NCBI RefSeq assembly: GCF_000169095.1
Contig: NZ_AAVU01000009.1
Span: forward strand, 38,559-70,558
Direction: 5' to 3'
Source: Lyngbya sp. PCC 8106
Lineage (GTDB): Bacteria; Cyanobacteriota; Cyanobacteriia; Cyanobacteriales; Microcoleaceae
DNA: 32,000 nucleotides
Of the stretch, positions 22,248 through 29,867 are shown piece by piece. Below the pieces are notes generated by a model that saw only the letters and a program-made list of their open reading frames with translations, made no database searches and was not told where the DNA came from. Made by a program: the position numbers and the translations under genes. Each line of letters begins with the position of its first letter. Position 1 is the first letter of the stretch.

Positions 22248-22342
22248 TGACGTTGCCCCCAAACCCCCAATATTGGGGGCTTTAAGAAATGGGGACTTTT
22301 AAGAATATTCCCCCCAGAATTGGGGGGCGAGGGGGGCGAAAA
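22248..22342. repeat. GC-palindrome mini-element, copy B
   Basis: TGACGTTGCCCCCAAACCCCCAATATTGGGGGCTTTAAGAA[ATGGGGACTTTTAAGAATA]TTCCCCCCAGAATTGGGGGGCGAGGGGGGCGAAAA. It lies between the convergent DUF29 and mnmA genes. Confidence 0.8.
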
Positions 22343-22351
22343 ATGGGGATA

Positions 22352-23410
22352 TTAACTGCAAATAATTCCGCCACCTAAGACAATTTCTCCGTCGTACCAC
22401 ACGGCTGCTTGACCCGGTGTAATTCCAAAAATCGGTTCATCAAATATCAGCTTAACTTGTTCATCTTCTGCGGAATTTAACGGTACAACGGTAACAGGTT
22501 GAGGTTTTGTCCGGTATCGAATTTGCACTTCGGCGCGAATAGGAGAAGTTGGCGGTGCTATTGATACCCAATTCACCCGTTTAATGATACACTCAGTTTG
22601 TGTTGCATTTTCGCGATCGCCAACAATAACTAGATTTCGTCCGGCATCAATTCCAATCACATACAACGGGTTAGGTGCGGCAATTCCTAAACCTTTGCGT
22701 TGTCCGATGGTGTAGTGATGAATCCCCTCATGTTGACCCAACACTTTACCATTTTCATCAACAATATCGCCTGTTTTCCCAGTAATATATTTATCCAAAA
22801 ACGCCTGCATGGAACCGTTGGCTTCAACTAAACACAGGTCTTGACTTTCCGGTTTGTCTGCCGTTTTTAGATTATATTGTGCCGCAATACGTCGGGTTTC
22901 AGTTTTGAGAACTTCCCCCAACGGAAACACTACACCCGCCAGTAAATCTTGAGTTAAATCATACAAGAAATAAGACTGATCTTTACTTTTGTCAACCGCT
23001 CTTAATAATTGATAACGGTTATTTTGTTCATCATACCGAATTCTGGCATAATGACCTGTGGCAATCAAATCAATTCCCAATTCTTCTTTTGCATGACGCA
23101 ACATCGGGCCAAATTTTACGGTTTTATTACATTGAGAACAGGGTAGGGGGGTAATCCCGGCACTATACCCTTCGACCAAATAATCAACAATATGAGTTTG
23201 AAACAACTCTCGACTGTCCACGATATGATGAGGAACGCCTAACTGTTCGCAGATAAACGCTGCATCTACCATTCCTTCCGAACAGCATTGACCTTTTCCT
23301 TTCATTAACCATAGCGTTAACCCAACCACTTCATAGTCTTGGTGGTGGAGAATAGCGGCGGCGGCGGAACTGTCAACTCCTCCGGATAAACCGACAACGA
23401 CTTTTTTCAT
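22352..23410 (-). CDS. mnmA: tRNA 2-thiouridine(34) synthase MnmA
   Basis: 352 aa with the PP-loop [11 protein letters not shown], and CCSEG...[11 protein letters not shown]...ATGHYAR typical of MnmA. Confidence 0.95.
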   Translation of the reverse strand: MKKVVVGLSGGVDSSAAAAILHHQDYEVVGLTLWLMKGKGQCCSEGMVDAAFICEQLGVPHHIVDSRELFQTHIVDYLVEGYSAGITPLPCSQCNKTVKFGPMLRHAKEELGIDLIATGHYARIRYDEQNNRYQLLRAVDKSKDQSYFLYDLTQDLLAGVVFPLGEVLKTETRRIAAQYNLKTADKPESQDLCLVEANGSMQAFLDKYITGKTGDIVDENGKVLGQHEGIHHYTIGQRKGLGIAAPNPLYVIGIDAGRNLVIVGDRENATQTECIIKRVNWVSIAPPTSPIRAEVQIRYRTKPQPVTVVPLNSAEDEQVKLIFDEPIFGITPGQAAVWYDGEIVLGGGIICS

Positions 23411-23457
23411 TGGATTAGGGGATAATAAGCTGCTACTTTAGATTTACTTCTCTATAA

Positions 23458-24480
23458 ATGATGGCATTAATACGTTCAGTGTTGGAGGAACCGAGAATGT
23501 CTGTAACTTCTATGATAATACATAAAAACTACAAATGGGGGACTTGGCAGAGATTGCGAACCCCGCTGAGGTTGATTTTGATACTGTTGGGAACTTGTAT
23601 AACAGTAATTTCTCCAGGGTTCGCCCAAGAAGAACGCTATGGAGTGTATATTAACAGCGATAGTGTCTTTTTGCTGGAAGTGGTTCAACAGGTACAACCG
23701 GGCGCTGTCATTCGGAGATATAGAAATCGCAGAATTATCGATGCGGGGATTTATTTTAGAGAGAGTGAAGCCGAAAGAGTGGTTGAAGATTTACAGGCTG
23801 TCGGTGTAGACTCCCAAATTACAGATTTTGAGGATGAAAAAGAATTTACAGGTGCCATTACTGCTTTTCCGCCTGTTGTTCCTTTACCCACTGAAGAAGA
23901 TAAACCCATCGAAACCAATTTTCCGCCCATTTATGTTTTTCCAGAAGGGAGTTTAGGTTTATATCAAGTGTTTGTGAGTGTGAATGATGCAGCATTATTT
24001 GAAGTTCTTCAAGTGGCACCCTATGCTGAGATAAAAGAATATCAAGGTAAACTGATTATTCAAGCCGGAAGTTTTCTAAACTTAGGAAATGCTCAACAAT
24101 TGATGGATGAGTTAAACTGGCGAGGAATTCCCTCAGAAGTTATTCAAAGTTTGCGAGAGTTGCAACTTTGGGTAGCAATTCAACCTGAAATTCCAGCTAC
24201 GCGAGTTACTGCGACTCCTGCGAATCCGGGTGGGGGTTATGGGTTATCGGAAACGAATCGTTATTTTGTATTAATTCCGACTCAACCTGCTGATTTAAAC
24301 ATTGTTGCGAATGATGTGGTTGCTTTGGGTGCGCCCGAACAAAGTGTGATTGTTCAAGACTTAGAAGTTGACCCTTTTGTTGCGGTGGGGCCATTTTCAA
24401 GTGAGACTCTAGCCGAAGAATGGGAAAATTATTTTATTGATGCGGGAATTCCGGGGGCGCAGGTTTATTTTGGGAAGTAA
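23458..24480 (+). CDS. Membrane-anchored/secreted protein with three SPOR-like repeats
   Basis: 340 aa with a hydrophobic anchor (LRLILILLGTCITVISPGFAQ). Three segments of about 70 aa follow the pattern YxVxI/V...A...L...G. The last is ...FVAVGPFSSETLAEEWENYFIDAGIPGAQVYFGK. Confidence 0.5.
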   Translation: MMALIRSVLEEPRMSVTSMIIHKNYKWGTWQRLRTPLRLILILLGTCITVISPGFAQEERYGVYINSDSVFLLEVVQQVQPGAVIRRYRNRRIIDAGIYFRESEAERVVEDLQAVGVDSQITDFEDEKEFTGAITAFPPVVPLPTEEDKPIETNFPPIYVFPEGSLGLYQVFVSVNDAALFEVLQVAPYAEIKEYQGKLIIQAGSFLNLGNAQQLMDELNWRGIPSEVIQSLRELQLWVAIQPEIPATRVTATPANPGGGYGLSETNRYFVLIPTQPADLNIVANDVVALGAPEQSVIVQDLEVDPFVAVGPFSSETLAEEWENYFIDAGIPGAQVYFGK

Positions 24481-24525
24481 AGTATGACCTTAAATTCAAA
24501 AAAAGTGTTAAAAAAAGACAGAAGA

Positions 24526-24644
24526 TATAGCGCTACGCGCTAGGGAACAGGGAACAGGGAACAGGGAACAGGGAACAGGGAACAGCAGACTATGAAAGGG
24601 TTTCAGAATTTATAAATGTCCTAATCAATTTGCGTAGCGCTATA
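24526..24644. mobile_element. MITE-like element, copy 2 (13-bp TIRs, six perfect GGGAACA heptamers)
   Basis: TATAGCGCTACGC (24526-24538) ... (GGGAACA)x6 ... CAGCAGACTATGAAAGGGTTTCAGAATTTATAAATGTCCTAATCAATTT ... GCGTAGCGCTATA (24632-24644). It is the reverse orientation of the 7648-7805 copy. Confidence 0.8.
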
Positions 24645-24711
24645 GAAGTCAGAAGTTTTTTCTATCTCCCGATATCCTTCCTATGACTGAAGACACTCAG
24701 GAAAATGAATC

Positions 24712-26283
24712 ATGTTTACTCGTGAAAATCGACAAGAAATTCAACAGTTTGTTGTGACAGCCAAACAAATGCAGGCAATAGAATCTCGTATCTTTGAAGC
24801 GGGAATGCCTGTAGCCGCGTTAATGGAAAAAGTAGCCGGACGAATTACCGAACGGATTCTCAGCAAAATCAAGTCAATTTCGGTGACTTCAATTGGCGTT
24901 TTAGTCGGGCCTGGTCATAACGGGGGGGATGCGTTAGTTGTTGCCCGAGAATTACTATTTTTAGGATATTCTGTGGTTGTTTGTTGTCCGTTTTCCAAAT
25001 ATAAAGAACTCACCGAATCTCATTATCATTATATCACAAGTTTGGGGATTTCAATTCATCAAAATATAGATGCTTTGCAAAACTGCGATGTGATTATTGA
25101 TGGAATGTTTGGCTTTGGTTTAACTCGTCCGATTACCGATGAATTGGCGGAGGGGGTTAACCAGATTAATGCTGGGAACAAGCCAATTTTTAGCATTGAT
25201 TTACCTTCCGGGATTCACACCGATACTGGGGAAGTTTTAGGAACAGCTATTCAGGCGAATTACACGTTTTGTTTGGGGTTGTGGAAGTTAGCATTCTTGC
25301 AAGATTCAGCCTTAGAATATCTCGGAAAAGTTGAACTGATTGATTTTGATATTCCTTTAGCAGATATTGAGGCAATTTTAGGTCAAACTCCAGAATTTCG
25401 CCGGATTACACCTGAAAATGCGATCGCTGATTTACCGCTTCCGCGTCCTTTGGCTACTCACAAATACAAGAATGGTAACTTACTAATTGTCGCAGGTTCT
25501 CATCGTTATACTGGGGCGGCAATTTTAGCTGGTTTAGGCGCTAGGGCGTCGGGTGTGGGAATGTTATCAATTGCGGTTCCTAACTCGATTAAACCGTTAC
25601 TCAGTACCCAACTTCCTGAAGCATTAATTATTGGCTGTCCCGAAACAGAAGACGGGGCAATTTTAGATTTTCCCTCTCATTTTAGTTTAGATCAATTTGA
25701 TGCGATCGCCTGCGGCCCTGGTTTGACACAATCGGCAACTACCGTTGTACAATTGATTCTAGACTGTAATCGACCTTTGATTTTAGATGCAGATGGTTTA
25801 AATATTTTAGCCCAACTCAACCCCGTTTTTACGCTATCTCAACGACAAGCTGCAACGATTATTACCCCTCATCCAGGTGAGTTTAAGCGATTGTTTCCTG
25901 AGTTAGCTGAGGAATTAAAAGATCATGTTTTAGTTACTCAAAAAGCCGCCCAAAAAAGTCAAAGTATTGTAGTCTTAAAAGGGGCAAGAGTTTGTATCGG
26001 AACAGCGAACACCGTTTGGATTAATCCTGAAAGTACACCTGCATTAGCAAGGGGAGGAAGTGGAGATGTTTTAACGGGTTTATTAGGGGGGTTATTAGCC
26101 GCAGTGGTATTAAATCAAACTCCTCTTGATGCTATCGTGAAAACGGCGGTTTGGTGGCACGCCCAAGCGGGTATTCAAGCTGCAAAAGACAAAACAGAAT
26201 TAGGGGTTGATGCGTTTACCTTAACTCAGTATTTGAATCTCAACCCAATTCAATCTCGTTTTTTGAACAAATCTCACCCTTGA
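24712..26283 (+). CDS. nnr: Bifunctional NAD(P)H-hydrate repair enzyme Nnr (epimerase + ADP-dependent dehydratase)
   Basis: 523 aa. The N-terminal YjeF_N is GVLVGPGHNGGDALVVAR...DGMFGFGL. The C-terminal carbohydrate-kinase-like domain has HKYKNGNLLIVAGS..YTGAAIL, ITPHPGEF and LARGGSGDVLTGLLGGLLA. Confidence 0.9.
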   Translation: MFTRENRQEIQQFVVTAKQMQAIESRIFEAGMPVAALMEKVAGRITERILSKIKSISVTSIGVLVGPGHNGGDALVVARELLFLGYSVVVCCPFSKYKELTESHYHYITSLGISIHQNIDALQNCDVIIDGMFGFGLTRPITDELAEGVNQINAGNKPIFSIDLPSGIHTDTGEVLGTAIQANYTFCLGLWKLAFLQDSALEYLGKVELIDFDIPLADIEAILGQTPEFRRITPENAIADLPLPRPLATHKYKNGNLLIVAGSHRYTGAAILAGLGARASGVGMLSIAVPNSIKPLLSTQLPEALIIGCPETEDGAILDFPSHFSLDQFDAIACGPGLTQSATTVVQLILDCNRPLILDADGLNILAQLNPVFTLSQRQAATIITPHPGEFKRLFPELAEELKDHVLVTQKAAQKSQSIVVLKGARVCIGTANTVWINPESTPALARGGSGDVLTGLLGGLLAAVVLNQTPLDAIVKTAVWWHAQAGIQAAKDKTELGVDAFTLTQYLNLNPIQSRFLNKSHP

Positions 26284-26360
26284 GGTGATAAAATTTGAGT
26301 TTAAACTCGTCGTCTACTCCCTTGTCTTTCTGGTTCGATTAGCATCTAAATTTAACTCCC

Positions 26361-27098
26361 ATGAAACTCAGAATCATTAACAATACTGTTTTTAAAGATC
26401 GACCTATTCAATCTGATTTGATTGCTTACAACCGAAAAGTATCAGCTTATGCGGGAACAGAATTTGAGATTGAGAGTTATGATTTTGTTGAAAATAACCA
26501 CTATAAGATTATCTTTATTAATCCTTTACCCCGCAATCAAAATCTTTGGTATGTATTCTGTGATCATGTCGAAATTGTTGATCCTAATAATCCGATCAAA
26601 AGCACTCAACCCGACTCAACTAACTCCTCTGACCGTGATAAACTTTATACCTCATCCGGCTGGATATGGCCGATGAGAGGAACCAGTATGGGGCCAAGAA
26701 CAGAATTTGGTTACGCCCGAGGACGCTTACACGCAGGGGTTGATATTGGTGGCTACACTCCCGATGAATGTTTTGCAGCGAGTGATGGAACAGTAAGTTA
26801 TGTTAAAAGAGATACCAGTGGGCTAAATGGTCGTATGATTGAAATTACCCGTCCTGATGGTTGGAAACACATTTATTTACACTTACGATCTATTTCAGTT
26901 GAACTCAATCAAAATATAGAAACAGGTCAATTAATTGCAATTCGAGGCGGTTCAGGATTTGGTTCAGAAGGGTTAGAAATTGATGGCGGTGGCTATTCAA
27001 TTCATCTACATTTTGAAATTCATAACCCAGCAGGAACACCTGTTAACCCTCGTTTATATTTACCCAAAGATGGGAGTGTACCCAATTTAGGATATTAG
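26361..27098 (+). CDS. M23-family metallopeptidase with an N-terminal SH3b-like module
   Basis: 245 aa with M23 motifs HAGVDIGG, DGTV, HIYLH and SIHLHFEI. The N-terminal approximately 75 aa resemble the repeated modules of the 29868-32000 protein. Its stop overlaps the convergent NUDIX stop. Confidence 0.85.
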   Translation: MKLRIINNTVFKDRPIQSDLIAYNRKVSAYAGTEFEIESYDFVENNHYKIIFINPLPRNQNLWYVFCDHVEIVDPNNPIKSTQPDSTNSSDRDKLYTSSGWIWPMRGTSMGPRTEFGYARGRLHAGVDIGGYTPDECFAASDGTVSYVKRDTSGLNGRMIEITRPDGWKHIYLHLRSISVELNQNIETGQLIAIRGGSGFGSEGLEIDGGGYSIHLHFEIHNPAGTPVNPRLYLPKDGSVPNLGY

Positions 27099-27541
27099 TT
27101 TTTTAGAATTTCCCCTTTTTGTTCTATAAAATCAAGTAAAATATTTTGATGAGGACGACCTAATAATCTCTCCATTTTAGCATTTTGAGAGTAGGCTTGA
27201 CCCTGGCGAATTTGTTCAGGGGTAATCAATCCAAAATCCCACCCTTCACCGAGAACTAATTGACTCATCTCAACCTTTAAAGGCGCGTAAAACACATGAC
27301 GAACGACATTTGTTTCTTGATAACAGTGAAACGCTAAAACTTCAGATAGTTCATAACCAATTTCTTCAATCACTTCTCGTTTGACTGCTATTTCCGGCGT
27401 TTCTCCGGGTTCGATATGACCCCCAAATAAACCCCAAACACCCGGATAGACAATACTCGGAATATCATCTCGCAACTGCATTAAAAATTGACCTTCGCGG
27501 TACAAAATTGCCAGGGAAACATGAACAGGTGAGTTGATCAT
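27095..27541 (-). CDS. NUDIX hydrolase
   Basis: 148 aa with the Nudix box GGHIEPGETPEIAVKREVIEEIGYE. Its start overlaps the stop of the upstream gene by 4 nt (ATGA). Confidence 0.85.
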   Translation of the reverse strand: MINSPVHVSLAILYREGQFLMQLRDDIPSIVYPGVWGLFGGHIEPGETPEIAVKREVIEEIGYELSEVLAFHCYQETNVVRHVFYAPLKVEMSQLVLGEGWDFGLITPEQIRQGQAYSQNAKMERLLGRPHQNILLDFIEQKGEILKN

Positions 27542-28017
27542 TCTTCGTCATCCACAACTTGTTCAGACTTAGGAGTTGGGGGTTGAATGGGTTCTTTCTC
27601 CCCGTTTTCGGGTGTCGGTTCTTGAATGCGTTCTAGTTCTTGAAGATAAACCCCACCAATATTTTGACCTTGAAGTTCTTTGAGGGTAATTGTCTCATAA
27701 TTCACTTGACCTCGAACTAATATTTCCTGTCCCTCTTTCGGTAAATCGTCAGTGCTAAAAACCCAAACTGTACCTGTGTTATCCTCAAGTTGATAGGCAC
27801 CGGCACCAACAAAGGGCGCAAGACTTTCGACTGTTCCTTTAATATAAACCTTTGTGTCAGCTTTGCGTTTTTCGAGGTTTTCAATCGGAGTAACATTGAG
27901 ATTGAGTTTAGCCGTTGAAGTCGCTAACTTTTCGCAGCCAAATAGCAACGGTGTTAGGCCAAATAACATGACGATGGGAAACGCCCGAACGAATTTAGAT
28001 TTGGTTGCAGTAGTCAT
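27538..28017 (-). CDS. Putative lipoprotein with an OB-fold-like core and an acidic, Pro-rich tail
   Basis: It has a lipobox-like LLFGC after a hydrophobic leader, and a beta-rich core (KVYIKGTVESLAPFVGAGAYQLEDNTGTVWVFS...EILVRGQV). I prefer the ATG at 28017 over the track's TTG at 28050. Confidence 0.5.
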   Translation of the reverse strand: MTTATKSKFVRAFPIVMLFGLTPLLFGCEKLATSTAKLNLNVTPIENLEKRKADTKVYIKGTVESLAPFVGAGAYQLEDNTGTVWVFSTDDLPKEGQEILVRGQVNYETITLKELQGQNIGGVYLQELERIQEPTPENGEKEPIQPPTPKSEQVVDDEE

Positions 28018-28273
28018 GGAATAGAAAACATCCTGTAAAATTGTAGGCAACGAATAAATTATGGTATTTTGATCGCTGTTCTGAAAAAAAGAGGTGAGTT
28101 GGGAAGTTTGTAATTACCCCGTCTCACCTGAAAATTTAAGCAAGGAGTTATGAGACATAACTCGATCTACAGAGAGTGACGGTAGGTTCTATAGTTTTTG
28201 TTCCGAATGTAGCCAACAAAACAGGCTTGTGTGAATATAGTTGAACTGATGTCCTTTTAACCTAAAAATTATT

Positions 28274-29149
28274 ATGGCTAACATATTAGATGGTAAAGCA
28301 CTCGCCCAAAAAATTAGAAAGCAGCTACAACAGGAAATTCAATCTTTGCAAGCCCAAGCTGGACGTCCACCGGGACTCGCCGTGTTGATGGTGGGAGAAA
28401 ACCCCGCCAGTTCGGTGTATGTTCGCAATAAAGAACGGGCTTGTGAACAGGTGGGAATTGTATCATTTGGAAAACATTTTCCCACAAATATCACTCAAGC
28501 GGAATTAACTGAAGTCATTCATTCACTCAACCAAAACTCCGAAGTCGATGGAATATTGCTTCAGCTTCCTTTACCGCCTCATCTCAACGCAATTCCGCTA
28601 TTATACGAGATATCTCCCGACAAAGATGTAGACGGGCTTCATCCGGTGAATATGGGGCGACTGGTTCGAGGTGAAGCGGGACTTCGTAGTTGTACACCTG
28701 CGGGAGTGATGCAGCTTTTGCGAGAATATGAGATTGAGGTTACAGGAAAAGATGCGGTGGTTGTTGGGGCGAGTATTTTAGTCGGAAAACCGATGGCGTT
28801 GATGTTGTTGGAAGCCGAAAGTACCGTGTCTATTACTCATATTAAAACAAAAGATTTAGCAAAACTCACTTGTGAAGCTGAGATTTTAGTGGTTGCTGCG
28901 GGTTATCCGAAGTTAATTACACCTCAAATGGTTAAACCGGGCGCTGTAGTTGTTGATGTGGGAATTAACCGTATTACTGACTACGAAGGACGATCACGAA
29001 TTGTCGGAGATGTGGATTTTGAGGGAGTAGAACCTTTAGTTGATTATATTAGCCCAGTTCCGGGCGGTGTTGGGCCGATGACGGTGGCGATGTTGTTACA
29101 AAATACTCTTTGGAGTTATAAACAACGAGTCGGTAAAAATCTGGAATAG
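28274..29149 (+). CDS. folD: Bifunctional methylenetetrahydrofolate dehydrogenase / methenyl-THF cyclohydrolase FolD
   Basis: 291 aa with [36 protein letters not shown] and [15 protein letters not shown]. Confidence 0.95.
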   Translation: MANILDGKALAQKIRKQLQQEIQSLQAQAGRPPGLAVLMVGENPASSVYVRNKERACEQVGIVSFGKHFPTNITQAELTEVIHSLNQNSEVDGILLQLPLPPHLNAIPLLYEISPDKDVDGLHPVNMGRLVRGEAGLRSCTPAGVMQLLREYEIEVTGKDAVVVGASILVGKPMALMLLEAESTVSITHIKTKDLAKLTCEAEILVVAAGYPKLITPQMVKPGAVVVDVGINRITDYEGRSRIVGDVDFEGVEPLVDYISPVPGGVGPMTVAMLLQNTLWSYKQRVGKNLE

Positions 29150-29199
29150 ACATCGTTTTCTCCGAGTTGGGAGATCAAAGGCTGTGAATTTTACCTGCG

Positions 29200-29232
29200 A
29201 AACCCGGTTGATTAAAAAGTATCGGGTTTTTT
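29200..29232 (+). terminator. Hairpin terminator after folD (between convergent genes)
   Basis: The stem is AAACCCG (29200-29206) / CGGGTTT (29223-29229), with a 16-nt loop and a T-run through 29232. Confidence 0.5.
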
Positions 29233-29233
29233 A

Positions 29234-29785
29234 TTAATTTTCTGCTGCTGTTGAATTGGGAAATAATGTGGTTTCTTGGGGAAAATAACCCGCAGGCATA
29301 TTCACGTTAACGGTCGTCCACTGGAGTTGATTTTCAAAAGCTTTTTCGATGAATTTGACTTGAAAATCACCAAGTTTAATTTCTTTACCCTGACGAATAT
29401 CAATGGCTTCAAGTTTGAGGATATTACCCTGACGAACTCCCCATAAACTAATCTGTTTCCATTCATCTTCTGTGGTATAATTATAGGTATCAACATACCC
29501 TCGAACTTCTCCTTTTTTTGACTCCAAACAAACATCAATAAAAGGAGGAGGTATTGCCACATTACCTTCATTACTCCAACACTGAGAAATGAGTTGATCG
29601 AGTTTTTCGTCCTGCTGCTGTTGGTTTTTTCCGACGGTATTTACTGTATTGATCAGTGTTGTCGCAGAATCCGTGAAAGTAGCTAAACCTGTTATGCCAA
29701 TAGAGATGAGAATAATCACCACAATTAACGGATGATTTTTTATATTCTCTGTTGTTTTTTCAAGGAGATTTTTATCTTCACTCAT
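29234..29785 (-). CDS. Hypothetical single-pass membrane protein
   Basis: 183 aa with a TM anchor (LIVVIILISIGITGLATF), a Q-rich linker and an approximately 110-aa beta-rich domain. It lies 82 nt downstream of, and co-oriented with, the C39-like peptidase gene. I recognise no motif. Confidence 0.5.
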   Translation of the reverse strand: MSEDKNLLEKTTENIKNHPLIVVIILISIGITGLATFTDSATTLINTVNTVGKNQQQQDEKLDQLISQCWSNEGNVAIPPPFIDVCLESKKGEVRGYVDTYNYTTEDEWKQISLWGVRQGNILKLEAIDIRQGKEIKLGDFQVKFIEKAFENQLQWTTVNVNMPAGYFPQETTLFPNSTAAEN

Positions 29786-29867
29786 TTTTCTATCCTTTTT
29801 TTATCTTAGAAAATGGGTAGATTTTGACCGCTAGAAGGCGCAAACCGCAGCGCCCCTACAGATCATT

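Noticed and set aside
27095-27098. The overlapping convergent stop codons of the M23 peptidase and NUDIX genes considered as a regulatory feature
   Set aside because: A 4-nt tail-to-tail overlap is common in compact genomes, and no structure or motif accompanies it.
28051-28273. A search for a ZTP (pfl) or THF riboswitch in the 223-nt region upstream of folD
   Set aside because: Only short generic hairpins are present (AGGTGAG/CTCACCT and GTTATG/CATAAC). I could not find the conserved ZTP cores (GGGTCGTGACTGGCG-like and CCGCCTGGGCA-like). The region also serves the divergent lipoprotein gene.
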